A stretch of 64,000 nt of DNA, from contig OZ244207.1 of NCBI GenBank assembly GCA_965216875.1, positions 4,512,001 through 4,576,000 on the forward strand, read 5' to 3'. A model generated the notes under the pieces. The model did not search any database and had not been told where the DNA came from. It saw only the letters and a program-made list of their open reading frames with translations. The translations under genes and the position numbers were made by a program. This stretch comes from Rubripirellula sp. Its GTDB lineage: Bacteria > Planctomycetota > Planctomycetia > Pirellulales > Pirellulaceae. This document shows positions 1-8,010 of this stretch, piece after piece. Within the stretch, counting starts at the first letter, position 1, and the number at the start of each line of letters is the position of its first letter.

Positions 1-110
1 TTTGATCAGGCCGTCAAGAAGCGAAGGAATCGCAAGGGAAGGGATGAGGCGAGTCGGGGAGGGATGACTGGTATTGTACTCGGCTCGCACCCTGCCGGGG
101 TGGCAAGAAA

Positions 111-133
111 GTAGGGTGTGTGCTTGCACGCAC
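111..133 (+). repeat. GTAG-type REP-like palindrome (family A), copy 1
   Basis: GTAG followed by the imperfect hairpin GGTGTGTGCTTGCACGCAC; identical 23-mer at 985-1007. Confidence 0.75.
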
Positions 134-183
134 AACCCCTGACATCACGCTTTCCCCATTACATTCCACTAAAAAATAGACCA

Positions 184-480
184 ATGTTTGAATGCCACTT
201 CACTGGGTCGATATGGAAACACGACGGGGACGCTGCGTGGTGGTTCATCACGCTTCCCCACGAAGATTCCGCCGACATCCAACAGTGGGCCGCAGACAAA
301 AAGAGTGCTTGGGGCAGCATCAAGGTCACAGCGACGATTGGAACAACAAGTTGGCAAACGTCTCTCTTTCCCGATTCCAAGGTGGGAGGCTACCTGTTGC
401 CGGTGAAAGCAGCCGTCCGCAAAAAAGAGCAGCTCGAAGCCAACCGGGACGCGATCGAAGTCCACCTTCAGATTGGATAG
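184..480 (+). CDS. DUF1905 domain protein
   Basis: 98 aa from ATG 184; motifs WWFITLP, WGSIKVTATIG..SWQTSLFP, YLLPVKAAVRK typical of DUF1905. Confidence 0.8.
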   Translation: MFECHFTGSIWKHDGDAAWWFITLPHEDSADIQQWAADKKSAWGSIKVTATIGTTSWQTSLFPDSKVGGYLLPVKAAVRKKEQLEANRDAIEVHLQIG

Positions 481-636
481 CCGAGGTCGTCGCGATCGCT
501 CGACAAAGTTTGTGTTCTTGTGTTCTTGATTCAGCTTTTTCTGCGCAGTCAACCACAGCCCGCGGGCTCTTCCCGTGATGCGTTGTTCCAATGTCCTTCG
601 ACCCATAGGCTTCCTACAAACTACGGGGCTCTAACC

Positions 637-942
637 ATGAATCACCTTCACCTGCTTTGTGCGCTGTTTGTCTCGCCGGTCCTTTTTGCTGGATGCTCAT
701 CACCCAGCGTCCCGGGTTCTCCCGGCGTCCCCGAACCTATCTGCGTGCTTGAAGACCCCGACAACGGCCAACGCGTCCGTCTCTACAAGGAGATTCCGTT
801 CAAAGTGCCCGCCGACTACGACGAGGAAAAACACATCGCCGAGTGGACGGCCAAACAAAACGCCCACGGCTACACGAAAGAGATCTCACCCGAAGACGAC
901 CGCGAACAGCTCGCAGAGCTACGTGCCGCCAACAAGAAGTAG
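637..942 (+). CDS. small hypothetical lipoprotein
   Basis: ATG 637; hydrophobic leader ending in lipobox-like FAGC, then a hydrophilic domain. Confidence 0.6.
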   Translation: MNHLHLLCALFVSPVLFAGCSSPSVPGSPGVPEPICVLEDPDNGQRVRLYKEIPFKVPADYDEEKHIAEWTAKQNAHGYTKEISPEDDREQLAELRAANKK

Positions 943-984
943 CCACGTTCTCACACGATTTAGCAGAAAACGGATGATCAGAGC

Positions 985-1007
985 GTAGGGTGTGTGCTTG
1001 CACGCAC
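985..1007 (+). repeat. GTAG-type REP-like palindrome (family A), copy 2
   Basis: exact direct repeat of 111-133. Confidence 0.75.
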
Positions 1008-1028
1008 CAGATTCAATGCATTGAGCAA

Positions 1029-1349
1029 ACCGCGATGAATTCTGTTAGACGCAGATAGGACATCAAAACCTGCAATCATGTTTCATCCACCGACCAGCTC
1101 AAACATCGTCCTACTATCTGCGTTCACTTGAGTTCATCTGCGGTCTCCTCCTTGCAGACCTTCAAACAAAAACGAAGGGCAGCTATTTGCGCGATTCACA
1201 GTCCTGGCAGATCGACAAATCAAGAATAAGTGACCGCAGATGAATTCGGATACACCCAGATAGGGACATCAGAATCTGCAATCATGCTTCAGCCGCCAAC
1301 GAGCTCAAACATCGACCTTTTATTTGAGTTCATCTGCGGTTTCTCCTCC
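1029..1349. repeat. two diverged copies of a ~110-120 bp MITE-like element with terminal inverted repeats
   Basis: copy 2 (1233-1340) is bounded by ACCGCAGATGAA/TTCATCTGCGGT; copy 1 (1029-1144) has near-identical ends and a similar interior (GACATCA..CTGCAATCATG..AGCTCAAACATCG). Confidence 0.7.
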
Positions 1350-1437
1350 GCGCAGATCCTCGAACAGCTACTCAAGGCGTACCGGAACGCCCCCGATTCG
1401 AGCGTGACATGTGCGAGCACACACCGCGAATTCGTCA

Positions 1438-2883
1438 TCACTTGCGCAGAAAATCGAATTCGGGAGCCGGGGCCTTCCCTTTGGCTCCTCGATAGACGAG
1501 CTCCAATGACTCCTTGCTTTCTGGAAAGCGTCCTTGGTCGCCCGTCTTCTTTTCCCAAGCATTCAAGAGTTTGCGATGCTCATTCAGAGCCGAAGCGTAC
1601 TTGGGATCGTCAGCCAGGTTCTTCAATTGATGCGGGTCATCGGCAAGCAGGTAGAGCTCCTCGGCGGGACGGGCAGCCGTGTCGTGATAACTCGCTTGGA
1701 GCGATGACAGCTTGCCGTCCTCGAGCAACTCGCCGAGCGTCTTGAAGGTGGCGTAGTTGTCTCGATAGTTCGATTGATAGAGTGCTCGATCGGTCATGTA
1801 ATTGCGGATGTACCGAAACTTGTTTGTCCGAATTGAGCGAATGCGATCCACCGCGATTCCATTTCGATCGCGAGCGCCGATGACGTGAGACTGCGGCTTG
1901 TGACCGGCAGCAAATAGATCGACACCTTCCATCCACTTTGGAACTTCGATCCCCGCAATCGCAAGGGAAGTGGTCGTGATATCGATCCCATTGGCAAGGT
2001 CAGTACGTGTCGATCCCTCCTCGCCGACTTGATGCAAGTTCTTGGGCGCACGAACGATCAGCGGCACCTTTAGTCCGTCCTCGTAGAGAAACTGTTTCGC
2101 ACGCGGCAGCGGACAACCATGATCGGTAAAGAAGAAAACCACCGTGTTGTCCCAAAGATCGAACTCTTTGAGCGCTTCGACGATTGCACCGACTTGTTCA
2201 TCAGTCTGTGCAATCTGTTCGTGGTGGCGTGCGATCGCGTTACGAATCACGGGATGATCAGGATACTGGGGCGGTACGACCACGTCGGCTGGATCAAAGC
2301 GGCTTTCGGCAGGAAACTTCGATCCCGTCTCGCCGCCGATCTTGCCACCCTTGAGCTGGATCTGACCAAAAAACGCTCTGCCTTTGAGTTGACCGAGCCA
2401 TGAGAAGTCGGTTCCCACAACGTGCCCTTTGGCTTTGGGGCGTTTGAAATCGGGCGTATACATCAAACTGCGATCACGCGTGAAGTTGTAGTCTTCCTTG
2501 GCCTCATTGAAAGTGACGTAGCCGGCGTCACGAAAGAGTTCGGGAACCGTTCGAATCGATTCTGGAAGCGGCTCCTTGATCATCGTTCGGTGGTGATGCA
2601 GACCGTGCGTGGTTTGCATCGTTCCTGTGATCAATGCTGAACGCGTGGTGGAACAAACAGGCGCAGGCATGAAGGCGTTCTCGAATCGCACGCCCTTTGA
2701 CGCCAGCGCGTCGATCGCGGGTGTCTGCGCGATCGGATCGCCGTAGCAGCCGAGCCAGTCACTCATATCGTCCACATAGATCCAAAGCACGTTTGGACGT
2801 GAAGGGCTTTGCTGCGCCACGGCCGAAGAGGCTACCGCAAAGAAGGCTAGTAGTAGCAGCAGGAATCGAGTGGTCGCGGGCAT
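1438..2883 (-). CDS. secreted sulfatase (formylglycine-dependent, S1 family)
   Basis: signal peptide; RPNVLWIYVDDM, APVCSTTRSALITG, FFTDHG, LYEDGLKVPLIV, ELYLLADDPHQLKNLA; start could be 2883 or up to 2931. Confidence 0.92.
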   Translation of the reverse strand: MPATTRFLLLLLAFFAVASSAVAQQSPSRPNVLWIYVDDMSDWLGCYGDPIAQTPAIDALASKGVRFENAFMPAPVCSTTRSALITGTMQTTHGLHHHRTMIKEPLPESIRTVPELFRDAGYVTFNEAKEDYNFTRDRSLMYTPDFKRPKAKGHVVGTDFSWLGQLKGRAFFGQIQLKGGKIGGETGSKFPAESRFDPADVVVPPQYPDHPVIRNAIARHHEQIAQTDEQVGAIVEALKEFDLWDNTVVFFFTDHGCPLPRAKQFLYEDGLKVPLIVRAPKNLHQVGEEGSTRTDLANGIDITTTSLAIAGIEVPKWMEGVDLFAAGHKPQSHVIGARDRNGIAVDRIRSIRTNKFRYIRNYMTDRALYQSNYRDNYATFKTLGELLEDGKLSSLQASYHDTAARPAEELYLLADDPHQLKNLADDPKYASALNEHRKLLNAWEKKTGDQGRFPESKESLELVYRGAKGKAPAPEFDFLRK

Positions 2884-3003
2884 CGAAGGATCCATCGGTG
2901 GCTGGGCGGGTGGTGTGGTGGCTGAACTCAAAGACTACTCGGCACAATTTCGCCCACAAGGTGCCGTCGATCAACGGACGCCACGATCGCGCGTCGATGC
3001 CCG

Positions 3004-5286
3004 CTATTTCGAACGAATGAGGGTCAATCCTTGCTCGCGACCACTTCGCACGTAAGTCAACCGATCCGAAGTTCTCGGATAACTGACAGAGATTCCGTTG
3101 CCGGTCGCAGCGATCTTGGGAAGCGTTTCCCCGTCGTGATGCGGAAACAGAACGACTCGAAATTCGGCCGCAACGTCATTGATGGTTGCGACCAAACGCT
3201 GAGCCATGATCGGTTCACCCGTCCGCCGGTCCTTGGTCAATTCGTAGCGTTCAAGTTTGACGTCCGTTACAGGCTGGTTGCCGCAGAAACGAATGAGCAA
3301 TCGACGCTGCGCCAGTGAGTCATCTTCAAGCTGCTCGCCGAGCACGACCGATTGGCCCGACTGAGAGACGACATCGACGTCCAACGGCAGTGGCAACATC
3401 CAAGTGTATTGGTGCTCCTCGCCGTCTTTTGCGAAGTCATCGATAATCACTGCATAGGGATGTTCACCGCGGACGAGTGCGGCGGTGCGTAAAGCACGCG
3501 CGACCGGATTGTGGGATTTGCGCCAAAGGTTGCAGCCCATGAAGTTGTACTTGGGAACGGCGCGATCATCGTGCCCGAAAAGCGCCTCGGGTTGGCCGGG
3601 TCGTTTCCATGGCCACCCGATTTCGTCAAAGGATCTTGTCTCTGGTTCCCAGCCCTCGCCGGGTTTGTCCCAACTGTGCGCCCACAACCAGTTGTAGGCG
3701 TTGCTGAGGTCCACGACGGCTTGACTGAGAAGCCCATCGTCGCTGTCGCCTTGCTTGATCAAATTCGCGTTTGGGGCCTTGCCCCTTGCGCCCGAAACTT
3801 TCGCTTCAACTTGCCCGACACCGTCGATGTGAACCAAGCTGTGATCGTCGCTGCGTTGTGCCGTTCCCCATGGTCGGTCAATCACCCAGCGGCGCCCGTC
3901 CGCCGCAAACACAAACCGGCCGCGATCGACGTTTTCGTGTCGGTCATACCATGCATCGTGACGAGCAAGAACGTTCAGGTAGGCCGCATCGTCGGACCAG
4001 TCGCTGCGAGTGATGAACAAACCTTGCATCGGAAAGACATGCGTGATGGGCAAACCCAACTTCCCCATCTCGAGCGGCAACGCCTCGCTATCTTCGTAGT
4101 TCATACACAGCAACGTCGACCAATTCGCGTATTGCCAACGATTCTGGAGTTGGTAGTCCTTGCCCTTGTAGCGGCGCAAGTAAAAGTTGACCAGTTTGTC
4201 ACCGGGCATCGCCCACCTTGCCACCACCGGTGCACTCTCATAGGGCGCAACACGGCTTGATGAATACCCAACGGTGTCACCCGAGTCTTCGCCAGGGACA
4301 AGCGACAGAACGGCCCATTTGAAATAGTTGTGAAAGTGCGGACGCGCATAATAGTTTTCGCCACGACGAGCCATCGCGATCAACGTGAACTGGCCTTCGC
4401 GCAGCGAAGTGTTGATTGAGTACCCATCTTCGTTCGATCCGCCCGATTCGTAAAAGTGAACCTCAGCCCAATCGCGGATCATCTGACGAAACGAATGCCA
4501 TTGCTGTTCGTGAAAGCCCTCTTCACCTTCGATGGCGAGCAGCATCGGGCCAAGCTCGCCGTGATAGCCGTACCAATTGCTGATGCCGCGGCCACGCGGA
4601 AAGTTCATGCCCCAACAGATCAAGTCTTTCGTGGCGACCGAGAGTGCGCGACGACAAACGTCTCGTTGCGACGGCGACATCTCGTTGTAGAGGAAGTCGT
4701 AAGCGAGCGCAAAGTCGGCACCGCCACGGCACCAAAGTTCTCCCAGGCCGGTCCGGATGCCGGTGTTGCCATCGATGCCACCAATGTTCTTTTCGATCTT
4801 TCCCCAAGCGGGCTCATGATCACGTCTGGCCATCACCACGCGAGCGAAGTTGGCGATGGCTCGGCAAGTTTTCTTGGTTCGCTCGGCGTCCTGGTGATAC
4901 ATCACGTCCATCGCCGCGTACAGCAATTCGTGATTCGTCCCCGGTCCAACTTCGGGATACGCTTTGCACAGCGTTTGTGGTGAAAGTTCGGGATCAAGGC
5001 CTGCAAGAACGTCGATCACGCGTGGGGAGCGATAGGGTTTTGCAAAGAACGTTTTGCCCCGGTAGGTCTTTCCAACGCGCTCGCGCCAGGCCGGTATGTC
5101 TTCGGGACTCATGATCACGCGAGGGTGAATGCCGACCGGAGGCACTTTCGAAAAGAGACGCACGCCATTCTCATCGACAGCGTCATAGGCATCTTGTGCG
5201 CGGGTAGACGAACAAAACGCAACGACACCAATGAAGGTAAGTGCGCGCATCCGGGTCAATGGTGAAGTCATACCGAGGGTTTCCAT
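3004..5286 (-). CDS. large secreted protein, heparinase II/III-like (polysaccharide lyase-like) architecture
   Basis: signal peptide; HPRVIM, ALAYDFLY, SNW in the helical N-half; G(L)FITRSDWSDDA, HENVDRGRFVFAADGRRWVID, HSLVHIDGVGQ resembling the heparinase II/III C-terminal sandwich. Confidence 0.55.
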   Translation of the reverse strand: METLGMTSPLTRMRALTFIGVVAFCSSTRAQDAYDAVDENGVRLFSKVPPVGIHPRVIMSPEDIPAWRERVGKTYRGKTFFAKPYRSPRVIDVLAGLDPELSPQTLCKAYPEVGPGTNHELLYAAMDVMYHQDAERTKKTCRAIANFARVVMARRDHEPAWGKIEKNIGGIDGNTGIRTGLGELWCRGGADFALAYDFLYNEMSPSQRDVCRRALSVATKDLICWGMNFPRGRGISNWYGYHGELGPMLLAIEGEEGFHEQQWHSFRQMIRDWAEVHFYESGGSNEDGYSINTSLREGQFTLIAMARRGENYYARPHFHNYFKWAVLSLVPGEDSGDTVGYSSSRVAPYESAPVVARWAMPGDKLVNFYLRRYKGKDYQLQNRWQYANWSTLLCMNYEDSEALPLEMGKLGLPITHVFPMQGLFITRSDWSDDAAYLNVLARHDAWYDRHENVDRGRFVFAADGRRWVIDRPWGTAQRSDDHSLVHIDGVGQVEAKVSGARGKAPNANLIKQGDSDDGLLSQAVVDLSNAYNWLWAHSWDKPGEGWEPETRSFDEIGWPWKRPGQPEALFGHDDRAVPKYNFMGCNLWRKSHNPVARALRTAALVRGEHPYAVIIDDFAKDGEEHQYTWMLPLPLDVDVVSQSGQSVVLGEQLEDDSLAQRRLLIRFCGNQPVTDVKLERYELTKDRRTGEPIMAQRLVATINDVAAEFRVVLFPHHDGETLPKIAATGNGISVSYPRTSDRLTYVRSGREQGLTLIRSK

Positions 5287-5416
5287 TTCGAACTGCGAAC
5301 AACGCCTCGGTGGTCGAGGCGTTGTCTAGTTTAGATGCTCGAAGCCGCGACACCGAATTCACGAGCGCCCCTCACAAACGACGTTGCACCCTTTGGACCA
5401 AGGTTTGGCCGTTGGA

Positions 5417-7009
5417 CTAAAGGTTGGCTTGCGTCCACGCTCCGTCGACCAATCGCCACGTTTCACCCGTTGGGTTTTGGTCGGAAAGGAGTACCGGCAA
5501 GCGTTGGGCGCGGACGTTGTCAAAGCTCGTCAATTTGGCGAAACGCAGCAATGATCCGGGAACGCCAACGGCGGTAAAACCGGGATGCCCCGTCGCGGGA
5601 TAGGGGCCCCCATGATTCATTGCCGAGCTGACGGCAACGCCCGTTGGCATTTTATCGTTGAGCAAACGACCGACTTTCGGAGCCATATGAAAGGTGACGC
5701 GATCAGCGGTTTCATCCTCACTGCCATCGGTCGCGGAGTAGAGGCAACCGGTCAAGTTTCCTTCGAGGCTATCGATGATCGCACACAATTGGTCGACGTC
5801 ATCGGCAATCACCATCAAGGATGCATTTCCAAAGGCTTCGGTTTGGAAGCCTTCGGGATTGCTCAAGAATTGGCTGCCGCTTGCACGCAGCAGGGTGTTG
5901 GCCACTGCGCATCGGCCGGCCTCAGGCTCTCCGCCGCCCGTCACAAGCTCGGCACCAAAACCGACCAAGGCCTGCACGTTCGCTGACAAACTTTTTGCGA
6001 CACCGGGTGACAACAACGTTCCCGAGGCGGCACCGGCGTACTTTTCTTTGATCGCATCGACAAAGGAATCGCTTGCGGCGTCTTTGACAAGCAACACCAA
6101 ACCTGGGTTGGTACAAAACTGCCCAGCGCCCATCAATGCACTGGTCACAAACTCGCCGACCAAATCTTCGCCGCGTTCGACGAGCGCGCCAGGTGTGATG
6201 ACGACAGGATTCACGCTCGACAATTCCAAGTAAATGGGTTTGCCCGCCCCATCGGCAGCCGCCTTGAGCGCGAGTCCGGCCGATCGACTGCCCGTGTAAC
6301 CGGTCGCGCCAACACGAGGATCGGCGACGAGCCGTTCGCCATCTTCGTGGCTGGTTCGATAGATCAGTTGAACCGTTGCCGCGGGCAGCCCCGTTTCTTT
6401 CAGCGCTGCGGCCGCTTCAACGGCAAACAAACGCGTCGTCTCTGGATGCGAGCTGTTTGCTTTGGCAATGACAGGATTGCCGGCAGCGATGGCCGCAGCA
6501 AAGTCGCCGCCCGAAACACTTCCGAAAGCGAACGGAAAGTTGTTTGGACCAAAGACACAAACGGGGCCGAGCGACTGGTAGCACGAACGAATCCCCGTCG
6601 CCGTGTCGATCGTCGGTAGGGCCCAACTGCCGCTTCGACAAGCTGCCGCAGCGGCGCGCAATTGGTTGCTCGTTCTCGGGAGTTCGACATCGCCCAGGCG
6701 CGGACTGGCGGGCAGTGCGGTTTCGGAGGTCGCGGCCGCAACAAGCGCGTCCTTGGCTGCCTCGATTCGATCAGCATAACACTCGAGAAACGCGGCAATC
6801 TTTTCCGCTGGCAATTGACGCAGCTCCACAAACGCCTCGGCCGCAGCATCCAGTGCTGCGTCACAGTCACTCCAGTCGCTCACAGGAAACTCGGCTGGCA
6901 AAACCGTGTTGGAGGTCGGGTCGGTCGCTTGAAACGTTTTGCTGTGAGACGCGTCGCGCCATTGGCCAGCGACAAGGACTTGGCGAGCGGCGTTGGTGGC
7001 AATCGACAT
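5417..7009 (-). CDS. NADP+-dependent aldehyde dehydrogenase, alpha-ketoglutaric semialdehyde dehydrogenase type
   Basis: VFGPNNFPFAF..GGDFAAAIAAGNPV, ELSSVNP, GAGQFCTNPG, PTGVAVSSAMNHGGPYPAT. Confidence 0.88.
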   Translation of the reverse strand: MSIATNAARQVLVAGQWRDASHSKTFQATDPTSNTVLPAEFPVSDWSDCDAALDAAAEAFVELRQLPAEKIAAFLECYADRIEAAKDALVAAATSETALPASPRLGDVELPRTSNQLRAAAAACRSGSWALPTIDTATGIRSCYQSLGPVCVFGPNNFPFAFGSVSGGDFAAAIAAGNPVIAKANSSHPETTRLFAVEAAAALKETGLPAATVQLIYRTSHEDGERLVADPRVGATGYTGSRSAGLALKAAADGAGKPIYLELSSVNPVVITPGALVERGEDLVGEFVTSALMGAGQFCTNPGLVLLVKDAASDSFVDAIKEKYAGAASGTLLSPGVAKSLSANVQALVGFGAELVTGGGEPEAGRCAVANTLLRASGSQFLSNPEGFQTEAFGNASLMVIADDVDQLCAIIDSLEGNLTGCLYSATDGSEDETADRVTFHMAPKVGRLLNDKMPTGVAVSSAMNHGGPYPATGHPGFTAVGVPGSLLRFAKLTSFDNVRAQRLPVLLSDQNPTGETWRLVDGAWTQANL

Positions 7010-7116
7010 CGAAGGAGCATCCTGGTGGAAGGAAGTGTCTGGGTAAGTGGTGGGTGCGCCCCGGGGAGCGACTCTTGGTTTCTCTGTTGCAACGACGGCT
7101 TGCTCGGCAAACCGAT

Positions 7117-7968
7117 TTAGTTTTGAACGATCGGGTTGGTCAGTGTGCCGATACCGCTGATCGAAATATTGACTTCGTCACCAGGCAGCAGAGTGAAGTC
7201 GGTCGTCGGGACAATCCCCGTGCCTGTCATGAGGAAGGCACCGTTGGGAAAAGAATTGTCGCGTCCGAGCCAGCCAACCAGGTTTTCGAAGGAACGTGCC
7301 ATCTGGGCGGCCGAGGTTTGCTGATCAAACACGACCTGACCATCACGATGGATTTTGAGGTCGATCTCAATCTCTTCGACGGGTGGAAGTTCGTCGTAGA
7401 GCGTGATCCAGGGACCGAGGCCCGCGCAATCGTCGTAGCACTTGGCTTGGGGGAGGTAGAGTGGGTTTTCGCCTTCGATATCGCGCGAACTCATATCGTT
7501 TCCGACGGTGAGCCCAATGATCCGCAGGTTTGGATTCAAAACGAGCGTGACTTCGGGTTCGGGCACGTTCCAGGTCGCGTCGCCGCGAATCCGCAGCGGT
7601 TGGCCTTGCCCGGCGACTCGATGGGGCGTCGCTTTGAAGAACAATTCGGGCCGATCAGCCTTATAGACCCTGTCGTAACAGGATGCAGCCGCTTCCGATT
7701 CCTCCATCCGAGCCGTTTGACTTCGCTTGTAGGTCACCCCCGCTGCCCAGACCTCCTGGTTATCAATGGGCGGCAGTAACTGCACCGAATCGAGCGGGAT
7801 GGCTGGGTCGGTCGCCAACGCCTCGATCGCCTGGATAGGATTCTCGGCGACAAGAAGATCGGCCAGGCACGTGAACTCCGTTCCCAGCTGGATCGGAAGC
7901 AAACGGTCGCCTTCGACGCGGGCAACGCGTACGGAGTCGGACGAATCGCGATATTTTGTTACGTTCAT
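7117..7968 (-). CDS. fumarylacetoacetate hydrolase family protein, probable 2-keto-3-deoxy-pentonate dehydratase
   Basis: EVWAAGVTY.RS..AR.EES, RPELFFK, WNVPEPE, GNDMSSRDIEGENPLYLPQAK, LMTGTGIVP; lies next to the KGSA dehydrogenase. Confidence 0.85.
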   Translation of the reverse strand: MNVTKYRDSSDSVRVARVEGDRLLPIQLGTEFTCLADLLVAENPIQAIEALATDPAIPLDSVQLLPPIDNQEVWAAGVTYKRSQTARMEESEAAASCYDRVYKADRPELFFKATPHRVAGQGQPLRIRGDATWNVPEPEVTLVLNPNLRIIGLTVGNDMSSRDIEGENPLYLPQAKCYDDCAGLGPWITLYDELPPVEEIEIDLKIHRDGQVVFDQQTSAAQMARSFENLVGWLGRDNSFPNGAFLMTGTGIVPTTDFTLLPGDEVNISISGIGTLTNPIVQN

Positions 7969-8010
7969 AGCGGCAAGGATATCCAAAAGTCACGCAGTCG
8001 GGGAGCATCG

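Noticed and set aside
1230..1745. 171-aa plus-strand ORF as a possible transposase of the MITE-like element
   Set aside because: It begins inside the repeat, runs antisense into the sulfatase, and has no HUH or DDE motif
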